A stretch of 64,000 bases of DNA. It comes from an uncultured bacterium. GTDB taxonomy: Bacteria; Verrucomicrobiota; Verrucomicrobiia; Limisphaerales; UBA8199. The notes under the pieces were generated by a model that saw only the letters and a list, made by a program, of their open reading frames with translations, had not been told where the DNA came from and made no database searches. Position numbers and translations under genes: made by a program. This document shows, piece by piece, positions 43,884 to 56,741 of the stretch; the stretch's first letter is position 1; the number at the start of each line of letters is the position of its first letter. The stretch lies in NCBI GenBank assembly GCA_963749495.1, contig CAVVMW010000015.1:128001-192000 (forward strand). The letters run 5' to 3'.

Positions 43884-44643
43884 GCTTGATATGGTGGACT
43901 TTTTCCGGCAAGGGTCAATGCTTTTTTTTGTTTTTGTGGTCTCCAAACCTGTCGGCCAAACTGGCCCTCAGAGGCATCCCATCCAAGCCCTGCACATGGG
44001 ACATAATGGCACAGAAAACGCGTTGGCGGCCGGCCGGCCGGTGGGTTCTCCGCTTTCTGCTGTGGATTCCAGGGGCGCCAGTTGCGGTGCAATCGATCGG
44101 CCCCCTCAGGGCTGCATTGGCGTGCTGCTTACGCCATCACCCACCTTCGAATTGGCCCGGAAGTTGCCCAGGTCACCAACCAGGAGACCATGGACCTGAA
44201 TCACGAAGTTCAACGAGAGGCTCAGGGTAGGGGGGGATTGGCAGCTCAATCAGCGTGAACCCTCCCCGCAGCCAGCCGCGCCCAGGCACTCGAGGCCGCT
44301 TCCTCCTGTGTGAAATCCTCCGGAGAGCAATCTGTGCCGGGCCCAAATCGAGGCTCGGCGAGGCCAATGCCAAGCTCAACTTCATCGGTTGCCCGTGTGC
44401 AGAATGTCGTGCATCCGCTGCCGCATCTGCTCCTGGGCGCTGATTTGCCGAAATCCGGCCCTTGCTTTTTTCCTCGTTTCCGGCTCTACTTTCCTGATGT
44501 GGCGCCCGTCTTTTGTTTTTGTCTTTCAGCGTGGTTGGCACCACGCCGGGAGCCGCTTTTCAACTTTCAACCAGATTCAGGATAACCTCACGACTCGCGG
44601 CAGGCCTGCGATTTAACGCGACACATAAGCCTCACTAACATCA

Positions 44644-46290
44644 ATGCCCGTAGATCAAACAAAAACCAAGCAATGCCCTATGACAACACAACATGCTAAA
44701 CCGACATCCGCAATTCGGCTGCGCCTCCTCTTGCTCCCAGTCGGCCTCGCGCTGATATGTTCGGGCAGTGTCGCCGTGGCCCAGGACTTAATCATCAACA
44801 CCTTCGACTCCGGCATAAGCGGAATCGACTGGCAGAATTTTAGAAACTATGCCTACAACTACAACGAAGTCTGGGATCCCTCGCAGGACGCCGATGGGAA
44901 CCCAAACAGCGGGTCCATGTATCTTACGGTGAATTGGCCGACGAATTCCGATCCCAACTGGAACAACTCCTGGAACGATGTGCAGATTGCCTTCGGAACG
45001 CCGCAGTTCAACTCCTCTGACTATGTGAGCTTTGAGGCTGATATCAAGGTGGACACAATCAACTCTTTTCCTGCGCTCGATGGGAGTTATGGGGCGGTGG
45101 AGCTCATCGTCAATAACCCTTGGCAGAATGTGCTGGGCTGGGCGCCCCTGATTGCGACAAATGGCTGGCAGCGCTTGGCTGGCTCTTTTTCCGCGATTCC
45201 GGCCGGGACGTACCACGAGGCCATTGTCGGGTTCATTTCCAACGGCACAGCCGCCTGCACCAACACGGTCTCTTATTGGATTGACAATATTATATTTACG
45301 GCTGTGCAGACGACCGGCACGAATCGGCCGGCGCTAACCCTCACCAAAGCTCCGCCAGCCGGTCTGACCTGCATTTGCAGCCAGCCTGGCGGCACTTGGC
45401 AACGCCAGATGATCGCAACGGTCAACAGTGACTATTCCTGGAATACGGCCACTGCAATTTCAAACACAACCACGTATTCAATGAACATTGCCGCTTTTCC
45501 GGGCACAGGTTACCCGTCCTTTAACTCCCAGATGTTTCTGATCCCCCAAGCGGGGATGGCCGGCTCGCCTATTGACGACAGCATCAACTGGGATTCGGCC
45601 AACGTAGTGGACTTATCGGTCGGTGAAAACCCGGATCGCACGGCGACGGGCTATTTCACGTACAAAATCAACAATGCGGGCAACTGGAATGCCGCCCTAA
45701 GCGTGAGCAACCTGTGCGCATCCGGGCCCCTGGGAAAGTGGAGTCTGACCTTTAACAACAACACCAACGTCACTATAACGGCTCCCGATAACACCACCAC
45801 AAACTTCACCATCCCTGCCAGTGCCGCGCTTCTTTTCCAGGATCCGCTGTTTGTCTATGTGGGAACACAGCCAAATAACAATGCGAACATTGGGCAGTTA
45901 TCCACTTTCAGCCGAGTTCAGATCAGCGGCGCAGCGGGGTCGATCAACGACAACTTCGTATCGGCAGGGACGCCGGGGCAACCCTACCTTCTGGATACCA
46001 ACACCTGGACTCTCAACGCAGCAGATTCCAAGGGCGTTTTCATCACCGCTCCGGACGCAAAATACTGGGTGGCTTGGCCGCTGCCCGACCCGGGCTTCAC
46101 CAACCTTTTCGTAACCGATAACCTAAGCAATAAACTGGGTGGTTCTCAGTGGCTGGGCCTTCCGACTTCCGCCACCGGTTGGATAAATGTGGGTGATGCT
46201 GAGCGTCTGGCCATAGTCAATCAATCCACTTTGAACGCGGCGTTTTCTTATACGCCCACGAATTGTCTCTTTGGACTGTTTCATCCGTAG
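44644..46290 (+). CDS. Secreted hypothetical beta-rich protein (possible carbohydrate-binding modules)
   Basis: Signal peptide ..AVAQD, N/T/W-rich, WIDNIIF. Confidence 0.8.
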   Translation: MPVDQTKTKQCPMTTQHAKPTSAIRLRLLLLPVGLALICSGSVAVAQDLIINTFDSGISGIDWQNFRNYAYNYNEVWDPSQDADGNPNSGSMYLTVNWPTNSDPNWNNSWNDVQIAFGTPQFNSSDYVSFEADIKVDTINSFPALDGSYGAVELIVNNPWQNVLGWAPLIATNGWQRLAGSFSAIPAGTYHEAIVGFISNGTAACTNTVSYWIDNIIFTAVQTTGTNRPALTLTKAPPAGLTCICSQPGGTWQRQMIATVNSDYSWNTATAISNTTTYSMNIAAFPGTGYPSFNSQMFLIPQAGMAGSPIDDSINWDSANVVDLSVGENPDRTATGYFTYKINNAGNWNAALSVSNLCASGPLGKWSLTFNNNTNVTITAPDNTTTNFTIPASAALLFQDPLFVYVGTQPNNNANIGQLSTFSRVQISGAAGSINDNFVSAGTPGQPYLLDTNTWTLNAADSKGVFITAPDAKYWVAWPLPDPGFTNLFVTDNLSNKLGGSQWLGLPTSATGWINVGDAERLAIVNQSTLNAAFSYTPTNCLFGLFHP

Positions 46291-46349
46291 TTGAGTACCG
46301 GCAGGGCGCCGGCTGATCCGGCGCCCTGTTCAACCAGGTCAGCGCTTGG

Positions 46350-46465
46350 CGGGGGATGCGGACTACGCGGCGGTGAGGCAGGCGATCGACCGGTTCGGCG
46401 AGCAACCGGAAAAGGAGGCCGAGTTGCGGCACGAATTCCGGCAGATTGAATCACAACTGTCAAAT
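46350..46465 (+). pseudogene. Possible C-terminal stub of a RAYT-type transposase
   Basis: GDADYAAVRQAIDRF...RQIESQLSN resembles the HTH tail of such enzymes. Confidence 0.35.
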
Positions 46466-46595
46466 TATGTCCCTGTCCGCCCGGACGGCCGCCGCAATCG
46501 TGGCCCGGCTGGGACGAAGGCCTTCAGGCCAGCGCAGCTTTCCGGGCTTCCACGCGTAATCGGTCAGTGAAGGCGGAAAGGGAGTCCCCGGCGAA

Positions 46596-46741
46596 CCCCT
46601 CACCCCGGCCCTCTCCCCTTCCGAAGGGGAGAGGGAGAAGCGGCGGCAGTCGCTGGGAATTCCACGCGTCTCGGCTTCCTCAAGCCGCGACGGAGAATTC
46701 TCCCTCTCCCCATCCGATGGGGAGAGGGCCGGGGTGAGGGG
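46596..46741. repeat. REP doublet
   Basis: CCCCTCACCCCGGCCCTCTCCCC..GGGGAGAGGG and its inverse; degenerate relative at 42897-42947. Confidence 0.85.
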
Positions 46742-46823
46742 TCTGCCCGCTGTCAATCCCGCCTTCACTGAGGCCCTAGCTCCACGCTTCCAACCACACT
46801 CGACAACCACCCGGACAACCGCT

Positions 46824-48472
46824 ATGCTCAGGCGCATGCTCGGCTCCACGCCTTCATCGCATCAGGGCAAGGCCGTGCTCTCGGGCCTCCTGATGCTGCT
46901 GCTGTTCTCGGGCGCTCCGCCCCTGGGCGCCACTGTTTATTTCGTCCGCCCAAAGGGGGACGACGCAGCGAGAGGCGATTCGACAGACGCCGCATGGCAA
47001 ACGATCGGGCGAGTGAACCGGGCGCGCTTCCAACCCGGGGACCGTTGCCTGTTCGAGGGGGCTCGGCTTTTACGGGCAACGTGCTGCTTTCGGAGGAGGA
47101 TGCGGGAACGTCGAACGCCCCAGTGGTCATCGGCTCCTTTGGCAAGGGGCGGGCCACGATCCTGGCAGGGCAGCGGACCGGCATCACCATCGAAAATGCC
47201 GGAGGCGTCGCCATCGAGAACCTCAACATCGTGGGTGCCGGGCGCACGAACAACACCGGCTATGGCATCCGCTGCGACAACACGCTAACCAACGGCCAGC
47301 GCCTGGGTTACCTGCGCATCGCCAACGTGGAGGCTCAAGGTTTTGGCATTTTCGGGATTCTCGTAGCGGGGATTCACGCCGGATTCGAACACGTGCTGAT
47401 AACCAACTGCGTGATGCACGACAATCTGCGCGGGGGAATGGAGGTGGCCGGACGCCTGCCCTGGGATTCAACGGTCTATGCCCACGGCGATGTGCTCGTG
47501 AGCCATTGCCAGGCCCACGATAACACCGGCGATCCGGCTTACCTCAAGAACCACTCGGGCAGCGGGATGGTCCTGTACGAGGTCGATGGCGGCGTGATGG
47601 AACACTGCACGGCCTGGAACAACGGTACGCTGTGCCAGTCCAGCGGCGGGGGTGTGGGCCTTTGGACGTGCGCCTCCCGCCGCGTGGTGATTCAATACTG
47701 CGAGAGCTTTGGCAACAAAACGAGCGGCAGGGACGGCGGCGGCTTCGATATCGATGGCGGCAGTGTGGATTGTGTCCTCCAATACAACTACAGCCACGAC
47801 AATGACGGTCCCGGCCTGATGGTTTACACTTATCCTTATGCTTCCTTCACCGACCGTGGCAGTGTCGTCCGGTTCAACATCTCGGAGAACGATTCGCGCA
47901 AGAACCGCTATTACGCCGGCCTTTGGGTGCGGACAGATGGAAGGGAGATGACCGGAGTGCAGATCTACAATAATACCATCGCCGTCGGATCATGGACGGA
48001 CCAGGCGGCGCACATATACGCGCACGGGGTTGAGGCGCGCGTGCGGAACAACATCTTCATCGCCGCAGGCTCCGCGCTGCCTTTGCGCGTTGAGGAGCCG
48101 GAGAAGGGGGTGCGCTTTGAGAACAACCTGTATTGGCGCGAAGGCGGGGCGACTCAAGTTGCCTGGGGCACACAAACCTTCTCGGGCCTGCAAGAGTGGC
48201 GCGATCGGACCGGGCAGGAACGCCTGGGCGGAGAGCCTACGGGCCTGTTCGCAAATCCTGCCTTGAGCCTTCACCCGCCAGATGTCACCCCCGAGGAGCG
48301 CCGTGGACTCCAAGCCGGGCGAGCATTTCGTCCCCTGCCCGGTTCACCCGCGCTGGCCGGCGGATTGGACTTGCGCAAGATGTTTGGCTTGGACATCGGG
48401 CCGCGTGATTTCGTGGGAACGCCTCTGCGCGCCGCTCTCCCCTTAGGGGCCATTGCCGCACCGGCTCTTTGA
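46824..48472 (+). CDS. Secreted right-handed parallel beta-helix protein, frameshift near 47060
   Basis: TVYFVRPKGDD..GDS...AWQTI.RVN...PGD..LFE; DGGGFDIDGG, QYNYSHDNDGPG. Confidence 0.88.
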
Positions 48473-48489
48473 GTAAAGTAAGTTCGTGC

Positions 48490-49374
48490 CTAAAAGGTAT
48501 TGAGCCGGAAGAAGGCGCTGGTGTTTGTCACCGGCAAAGTGACGGTGTGCACATGGTCATCGCCCACCACAACATCTCCTGCCGGCTGCCAGTTCGCCTG
48601 CGGGCCAAGTGTCGGCGTGGATTCGATCTGATAGTTGGTCGCCGGCGCGGTGCCGGTATCGGGCAAGTTAGACAGCGCTGCGAATGTCAGGTTCACCCCG
48701 TTGACTGCCGGACTAATGCTGGCGATTGTGACGCCCGCCTGGAACCAAAGGCAGAACCGGTCCGAGGGGGCTTGGATCGGCCCGCCACCAGGACCATTGG
48801 TCGAGGCGTCCACGAACCGGAAGCCGACCTGGTAAAGCCCAGCCCGGTCCACGCTGTAGATGCGGCCGTGGATGTGGCCGTAGGGATCAGCCGTGACCGA
48901 GCCGTCGGTTTCGCTCACCACAATGTGATTGGTTCCGTTGGTCAGGCCGACGGGCACGGTCCACGTCAGGTTGGTGCTGTCCACGCCGTTCTGCTGCGTT
49001 TCCCAGAACCCCAGGGTTGCGCGAGGCGGGCCGCTGACGGTTTCCAATATGATCTCGATATGCGAGCCGATGGCCGCGGCTTGAGCTTCCGGCCCTCCGT
49101 AGTCGGGGGTCGCGGCCAGGGCCACAAACACCAAATCGCCAGTGTAGTACCACCCCTCGTAGGGAGAGCCGGGGTCACCCGCATCCAAACCGAAGACATA
49201 GCCCGAAGTCGAGCCATAGTCACCGGCATTGACGAATATGAGCGGTGAGCCCGGGGTGGTGGAGTCCGCCCCCGCCGCCAGGTGTTCATGGGCGTTGGCG
49301 GGGGCGGCCGTGGTCAGGAGTGCGCCCGCCAAGGCAGGAATCATGAGTGTTTGTGTTAGTTTCGTTGTCTTCAT
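48490..49374 (-). CDS. All3515-like (Zur-repressed family) His-rich secreted protein
   Basis: Signal peptide then HEHLAAGA; SDG/TDG..DPYGHIHGR..GLYQVGFR; ends AFFRLNTF. Confidence 0.7.
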   Translation of the reverse strand: MKTTKLTQTLMIPALAGALLTTAAPANAHEHLAAGADSTTPGSPLIFVNAGDYGSTSGYVFGLDAGDPGSPYEGWYYTGDLVFVALAATPDYGGPEAQAAAIGSHIEIILETVSGPPRATLGFWETQQNGVDSTNLTWTVPVGLTNGTNHIVVSETDGSVTADPYGHIHGRIYSVDRAGLYQVGFRFVDASTNGPGGGPIQAPSDRFCLWFQAGVTIASISPAVNGVNLTFAALSNLPDTGTAPATNYQIESTPTLGPQANWQPAGDVVVGDDHVHTVTLPVTNTSAFFRLNTF

Positions 49375-49432
49375 TTTCCATCCTTCAATGGGTTCAATTG
49401 TTCGATTATTTGGGCTTTGTGGTGCCCAATCT

Positions 49433-50071
49433 CTAGGGTGCGTTTTGGCCGTCGGGGCGCACAAAGCGCGTCACCGGCGGACCGAGCAGGGTTTTGACCC
49501 GCCGCCACGACAGTTTCTCCGTGTGGGCGTCGGCGAAGAGGTAGTTCGCCCCGCCCTGATGCCGCTGGACCGCAACTTCTGCGGCAAAGCCATTGGGCGT
49601 GAAGCCGCCGCTGGAAGCGTCGGCGAAGTGGAAATGGTCGGAGCCGATGTCATTCCCGGGTGTCTCGGCCAGGTGCATCGTCTCAGACGGTCCAGGCAGC
49701 CGCGTGAGCCGGGAGAAATCCAGGTCAGGCGCCCCAAAAGGATGGGGAGTCAAGAAATCGTTGATGGCGTAACTCGTGATGCGGACAAGGTTCGTGTCGT
49801 CGGGGCAGCGATAGACATTCGTGAGGCCATAAGCGGCCAAAGTGCCAATCCACGATGCCGCCTGATGCGATGTCTCAGGCAAACTGTCCTGATTGTCTGC
49901 CTCGTAGAGGGCGCACCCGACACCGAGTTGTTTGAGCTTGCAGAGGCAAGCCGTCGCCCGCGCCCGCGCCTTGGCTTTGCTCAGCGCCGGCAGCAGCAGA
50001 CTCGCCAGGATGGCGATGATGGCGATAACGACCAGCAATTCGATCAGCGTAAAGGCAGACCGCTTTCTCAT
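49433..50071 (-). CDS. Prepilin-type N-terminal cleavage/methylation protein with H-X9-D motif
   Basis: [49 protein letters not shown]. Confidence 0.92.
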   Translation of the reverse strand: MRKRSAFTLIELLVVIAIIAILASLLLPALSKAKARARATACLCKLKQLGVGCALYEADNQDSLPETSHQAASWIGTLAAYGLTNVYRCPDDTNLVRITSYAINDFLTPHPFGAPDLDFSRLTRLPGPSETMHLAETPGNDIGSDHFHFADASSGGFTPNGFAAEVAVQRHQGGANYLFADAHTEKLSWRRVKTLLGPPVTRFVRPDGQNAP

Positions 50072-50218
50072 GGGATTGACCAGTGCAGGCCCACCGAGCA
50101 GGCCGGCGCCACGGCCATCAGAAGTCTGGTCAATCGCTGGAACACGGCGAGAACATACGGCTAATCCGCTCCATGTCAAATCGTAATGGGCACAACCAGT
50201 GCCAAAACATTGCTCGTC

Positions 50219-52966
50219 CTAATTCTTTGGCACGACGGCGCGGAAGAAGGTGGACCTGTTAGTCCCCAGAGGCGCCGGGAAGGTGGTGGCGAAGTTGGTC
50301 AACAAACCCTGCCAGACAGGTTGCCAGCGGTTGGAAACGCCACCGGACAGGGACGCAGCCGCCTTGATCGTGTTGGTGATGTTCGGAATGCCGTATAAGG
50401 TGAGCAGCGGGTTGCCCGGTGTGGGCAGCGTGGCCACGAGGAACGGGTTCTCGCCAACGACAACTACCTGGCCGAACTGGGTGCCCGTGTCCAGCACAGG
50501 CGAGCCATCGCGACGCAATGGGGTGATGGCGGTCACGAGCAGGGGCAGGACCACCGAGGTCTGGATGGAACCGGCAGTAAAGCAGAAGTCCGCAACCTGC
50601 TGCTGGGTGGCCTGCAGAGTGTGGCCCGGTGTGGCCGCCAGATTCACCAGGAGTTGGGTGGTGGAAAGCGTGTGCAGGCTGCCGGTGAGTGCCGGCAGGA
50701 GCACGTTGAGGCTGAAATTGCCCAGGCCTTGCGGAGGCAGATTGAGGGTGAACTGGAGGTTGGTCAGGGCAACGCTGGAGAACAGGCTGATCGGGACGCA
50801 ACCCGGTTGGCCCGAGCGCACGACCACTGTTCCAGGGCTGGCCGGAGTATAGGGCGCCCGCACTGGTGGTGGCGCTCTGCCAAAGGGCCTGAGCTCCGCC
50901 GTTGTCCGAAACGTAGATATCGAAATTCTGGACGCCTGAACCCTGTGGGTCATCGTTGCCGGATCAGGAAACCAGGAAACTGGTGTTCAACGTCACGGCG
51001 GGCAAGGGCGCCACGAGGCTGGTCGGAGCCGCGCCATCAATGGTGTTTGTCGTGATGGCTGTGGGAATCGGCGCGTTCATGTCAAAGACGACAATCGCCT
51101 GGTTTGTGATGAAGGCGCCCGTGGCCCGACCGGCCAGCGGCTCGATGGTGTAGGCAACCGAGCCCTCGCCCAAATGGCCGGGCGTGTCTGGCGCGAGCAC
51201 ACCCTGGTTGGCGCTCAGCGGCGGCTCGCCGGTATTCAGGTCGATCGCCGTCAGGGTCCAGAAGACGCTGCCGGCTGCCAGGTCGATTCCCGTGCTGATA
51301 TCGACCACGATATTCGTCCCCTGATCGGGCATGTTGACCCGCGTTTGGAAGAAGCTCAGGTTGTCGGGGACGCTGACCGAATTGGTGCCGAAGGCAATCT
51401 GGCCCAGCCGGAAAGTCCGGATGTCAAGGTTGGGGTCGAGAATATCGGTCACCTGGATTTGGCGGGCGTAGGTGCCCGCCGTGGGAAGATTCTCGAAATA
51501 GATTGTGTAGGGCATGGGATTGCTGGAGTTGACGAATGCCTGGAGCCCATAACCGCTTGGCCCGATTTTCTCGTTGGGGTCGCACGGATTGAAGCCGGCG
51601 CCGACTTGCACCTTGTAAAACCACTCGGTGCCGGTGCTCAGCGTATTAGTGACAGGTGTGCCAAGGGTCAAGGCCTGAATATCCACCAGGATGGGAGAAG
51701 CGGAGACCGCCAGGTTGTTGGCCGAATTGCTCTCGTGTACCACAAGGTCCGAGTTGGCCTGCACCACGAAGTAATAGGGACCCGAGAGGGCGGCGGGCAA
51801 GGCCAAATTGACCGTCTGCTGATAACATTCGCCCGGCCCAAGGAAACTGGGGTTGGGGAAGGTGGCGTAGTCCTGTGCGAGGTGGGTCAAGTTGGTATCG
51901 CTGTAAAGCCAGACATGATCGTCCCAGAGCGGGGCATCGGTGTAGGCATCCCCGATGTTGCACTCGGTCCAACTGAGGGTGATCGTCTGGCCCGCATAGA
52001 CGCCGTTGGTCGGTGCGTCAATTTCGCTGATGACCAGGTCAGACAATGGAGTGATCTGCACCAGGACGGGTTGGGCGGAGGAGGCGGCATTGTTGGTCTC
52101 GGCGGGGCTGCCCGGGGGGCCTCATAGATATCATTGAGGACATCCGCCACGACCGTGATGTAGTAGTCCGCGTTAGTGACCTGTGTGCGGTCTATCGTCA
52201 CCGAGTGGACCAGTGACACGCTCGCGCCACTGGCCAGGCCGTTGGTATATTTGAATGTCCCAAGCAGGTAGTTGGTGCAGGGCGAGGATGAACCGCACAA
52301 ATACACGCCGTCGGACCAGGCGTTCGTCGCGGGAGCCGGGCCGGTGTTGGTGAGGGTCCACGCCACGTCAAATCCGCTGCCGGTCCAGGCCGAAGGCGGG
52401 GCGGAGACCAAGGACACTTGCAGGTCGGGCGCGGGCAAGGTCCTGAACGAGTGGTCGGCGGAATCGGTTTCGCGCGCGCAGGGATCGATGGAGCGGACGC
52501 GGAAATGATAATTGGTTCCGGGAAACAGGTTGTTTAACGCAAGCGAATGGTTCGTCTGTGGGGTGCCCAGATAGATAGGCGCGCTCAATCCGTAAGCCGG
52601 GGTGAGGCCATAGTCCAGGTCCGACGATGCCGGCTCATCCGTCATCCAGGTAATCACCGCTTGTCCGGCAGTGGCAGTGGCCGCAATGGACGAGAGCGCG
52701 GGCGGTTGGGTGCGGAGGGTGAAGTCCACCGTGGCGGGCGTCGGGTCCACGTTGCCCGCCTGATCCTTGGCCTCGACCTGGAAGACGTGCGGCCCATCGG
52801 CCAGGTTGCTCAAGCTTAGGCTGGTCAGGTTGGCAAAGGCCGAGAAGCCGCTGCCATCGATCTGGAATGCGAACAGCAGGTTTGTTGGCGCCGTCACATT
52901 GTCAGTCCCCGACCAGGAGAGGAGCACGGGCAGGCTGCAGACCGGTACTGTTTTGAGCAGGCGCAC
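50219..52966 (-). pseudogene. Fragmented giant secreted protein (fn3-like, CARDB, DPNEK domain, cohesin-like tail)
   Basis: DQAGNVDPTPA, PDLQVS...WTLTNTG, DLVISEI...W.D.V.L, DPNEKIGPSG..YTIYFEN; three frames with abrupt junctions and no N-terminus. Confidence 0.75.
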
Positions 52967-52990
52967 TGATGAGGAAGGTGTCGGGCGGGG

Positions 52991-53101
52991 TCAGGAAGAG
53001 CTGCGGTCGCCGCTGTCGCGAAAGACAGCCTCCGAATGGTCGCCACCGTTCATCACGTGGCAAATCGCTCCCGGATATTGCACGCGCACCTTGCGAGCCA
53101 T
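52991..53101 (-). pseudogene. RAYT transposase 5' remnant
   Basis: MARKVRVQYPGAICHVMNGGDHSEAVFRDSGDR. Confidence 0.8.
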
Positions 53102-53473
53102 GGGCGACACATAGCCAGGCCAGGTGAGCCTTTCAACGGGATTCGAGCGGGATTCGTCGAGCAGGGCAGGCGCTCGCTCGGCACAGTTCTGGCCCCGACG
53201 ACCGAGCGCCAAAAAGATGCGGTTATGCGGGACCCTTCCCGGCAGGACCACAGGGCCGTCCGGTTACGTTATGATGCGAATCATCTAGTTTAGCATTGCT
53301 GATGCTATCCCAAAAAACAGCCCTTTTGGGACAGGCTCTAGATAACGGATCCCCTTTTCAGGAGGAATATTGTTTATTGTGACTCTTCTGGCCACGTGCG
53401 CCAGCGCAGGGCGGCGGCGGGGGCGGGTGTCATGACCAAATTCGCGACACTGAGAACTTCACGATATTTTCCG

Positions 53474-56400
53474 TCACCGAAGGTCTGCGAGGCTCGATTG
53501 AATGTCACGGAGCTCGGCCACGTTTACGCCCCAGGCGGGGGCGGCCTCCTGGTCGATCTCGGCTTCTACGCCTTCTAACTGTTTCCTTGCCAGTTCGCCT
53601 TGGGCGGCCAATTTGTGCGCCTCGGTGCTAAGGGCGGCCAAGCGGCAGTGCCGCTTGTCGTTCGCGTCGAACTTGGGCAGGCGGACGTACTCGAGAACGT
53701 GCGTCGAAGTCTGCGTTTCGACCCCGTAGCTCTTGACTAGGAGAACTGCAACGCTGGAGCTGAGCGCGGCGCAGACGTAGTGCGCCTCCTCGATGTTGTC
53801 AAGTGGCACGAACATCAGTTTGTGGTCAGGAATGACCACTTTCGTCTTGCCCGCGACCTTGCTATTGCTCGCAACCGCGCACGTTAGGAACTGGGCTTGC
53901 TCCCGCCAGCAAACCTTATAAGGCGCGAGCGTGTAGTCGCCGATATTGTAAAGAGAATAGAATGGGGCGACGGGTTCGAGGCGCTTGTGTTTGCCGGTGC
54001 CCACCTCTTTGCAGAAGTACTTCTTGAAGCCTGACCGCTGGCTCAGTAGCGTCTCGAAGGTGAGGAGATATTTGTAAGTTTCGGGGAATGTGTCTTTGAG
54101 CCAGGCCTCCTCGTAGCCTTGGCGTTTTTGTGGGTCCTGAACGTTCAGTAGATAGGCCGAAGTTTGGGTCCGCCACCGGCCCACGCCTCGGCCGCGAAGC
54201 AAAGGGTAGAGCAAATCGGGTTCCATGGCCTTCCCGGCCACCTGTTCAATGCCCTCGAGCTTGCCAATGTCGCTGAGGTTACGAACGATGACCTGACCAG
54301 AGTTGTTCTCTCCCATGATTTCGAGCCAGTAAACGCCGTTGGCCCACGTGCACGAGCCAGCGTATGCGCGGTACTCCGACCGGCCAACGGCTTTTTGCAG
54401 CGCGTCCAGCGCTTTAGGGCGTGCTGTGAGCCAGGGGCTGTGAGGATCGGCGGGGTTGATGGGCCGAGCTCGCCAGTTTTTCACTTCGACTTTCCCAGGG
54501 TGAATATCTGTGAGGTCGTCGTCCGAGCCGATGGATTCTCCGGGTTTCTTTCGCCAACAGGAGTACTGCACAGGGTAGATGGTGGGTTTGCCCTTCTCGA
54601 ACGTGACGACCGCGGTGCGGTTGGTGGCGCCCTCGAATGGTTGGAAATCACTGAGGTCGTCGACCTGAAGAGTTTGGAAATGGGAACCTCGTTCGCCGAA
54701 TCTGAAGCGGCGGAAGCCGTCGCCCGCGCCTTTGCTCTTGAAGAGCGTCTGCGTGATGATGAAGCCCAGCCGCCCGCCGGGCCTGACGTAGTTGTCGAGG
54801 CACGCGTAAGTAAAGAGCATGGCCAGGTCTTTCTTCCCGGCGCCGCGCCTGCCCGCGTCGCCCCCCAGGGAAAACAGGCCGTAATCCTCCCAGAGCCTCC
54901 ATGTCTTCTCCCGGTAGGAGTCGGAAAGGCTCTGCCAATTCACCCAGGGCGGATTACCGATGACGAAATCAAAGGTGTTCTTGCCGACAAAGATGGGCGC
55001 GAACTGATTGATGCCTTCGAACGTTTCCACCTGGCTGTCGCGTGCGCCGAGCTTGAGTTCTCCCTGCTTGGAGAATTCGGCTGGCGTGAGGATGGAGTCG
55101 CAGAAATACACAGGGATTTCGATGTGGGAGGCCTTCTTGATGAGGGTGCCGAGGCTTAGCAGGAAGTTGGTGCGCGCGGCGATGACGGCGAGAGGGTTGA
55201 GGTCGAAGCCGACCACGTTGGTCAGAAGCTTTTGCGCGAGTTCCTCTGGGCGCACCAGGTACCTGTCAGCGTATTCAAATGCCCTTCGGATACAGAGCGA
55301 CAGAAAGGTGCCGGAGCCGCACGAGGGATCGAGCACGCGTTTATTGGGGTCGCCGTCGTAACCGATTTGGCGGATAAGGCGTTCGGCGAGCCAGTCGGGG
55401 GTGTAGTACTCCCCGAGGTCGTGCCGGACGCGCCGGGGCAGGAGATACTGGTAGAGTTTCTTCAGAAGGTCACGCGTCGCATCTGGATCAATGGTGGCCG
55501 TCGCGGGCTCGAACTGCTGGAGCGCAATGGCGAGGTGACGAATGCTCTGCGCGACGTTGCCGTCCCAGGTGTCGAGGTACCAACGGAAAAAGTCGCCCTC
55601 CAGGAAGTTGACAATATGGAATTGCTTGAAGAGACCACCGTCCTCAAGGTTTTCGAGCCTTGATTTCAGCAGGTCATCGCTGGCGGCTTCGATGTCCCCG
55701 GCAAAGGATTGGAACCACGAGCCTTCCTGCAAGGAGATGAGTTCAGCGGCCAGCATCTTCATCAGCAGGACGTAATACGTGTGGACGGCGAAGAGAAGCG
55801 TCTTCAAGCGCGGTCTGTCCGTAATGCCGTAAAGTTTCGCGAGTTCTTTGGCAGCAGTGTCACCGCGGTCAAATTCCTGCCCGTAGATGATCCCGAAGAT
55901 CATGTCCCACTGTTTGAAGAACATCTGGACGCGCGCGCTGGGCGTCGTAACCAACTTGTGGTAGAGCGCATTAACGGCGCGAGAGGCGACGGGGGCCTCC
56001 GGGCCGAAAACCTCGGCCAGCCCGTGTGGTTCAAGCGCACGGCGGTGGAAGAAGCGAAGAGAGTAAAGGAGCCAGTCCATGCTCGGTTCGTCGATCGGCA
56101 TGGGCCGAACGATCTGAAAGCCGCCGCGTCCGAACCCTCTCGGCCTGAAAAACTCCAGTTGCGTCTCCAGAGACACAGGCTGGAAGTACCGGGCGCGGTT
56201 CTCCGAGGCGGAATAGCGCAGATACATGACTTGCTGGCCGTCGATGCCGATTCCTATCATCTTCTTGACGGCTTCAATTGGTTTCGTCGGAGCGAGTTCG
56301 CGCGCCTTCCCGCTTAGGTACGAGGAGAGTTGCTCTACAAGCAACCTCCGCCCTGGGGCGGTCGCAATCACTCCGGGGCGTTTGTTACTCTATTATGCCG

Positions 56401-56621
56401 AAACCGTACACGGCGTCCGCGCTCCCGGAGCCCTGGAGCAAAGTAATGGGCTGCTCGTAAGAGGCGGCAGTCGAGATTCCGAGTTGAGCTAAGTATTGCT
56501 TTAGCGCCCCCTCCACGTTCAACCGAACGTCCTCCTCGCTCCTGGCGGTCTTGCCGATCGCGCGAATTTCCTCTGCGAGGCGGCTTGCCATGGCCGGATC
56601 GATTTTCCCGAGCAGGTTCAT
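53474..56621 (-). CDS. Type IIG-like fused restriction endonuclease / N6-adenine methyltransferase (frameshift near 56385)
   Basis: N-terminal SEEDVR...ADAVYGFGIIE|YKRPG (PD-(D/E)xK), LGEYYTPDWLA, LDPSCGSGTFL, IGNPPW, C-terminal TRD-like region. Confidence 0.88.
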
Positions 56622-56741
56622 GGCTGCGCAATTTACCAGAGCGGATTCTGAAGAAGCAAGAAAGCCCGCGCGCACTGCGAAAATACGAATGGATCACATA
56701 CGTGAACTGACGCCGAACGCGGTTTGCGCGGTTCGTCCGTC

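Noticed and set aside
44230..44380. Third prepilin gene (GFTLIEL)
   Set aside because: Motif breaks off immediately after FTLIEL; remnant only
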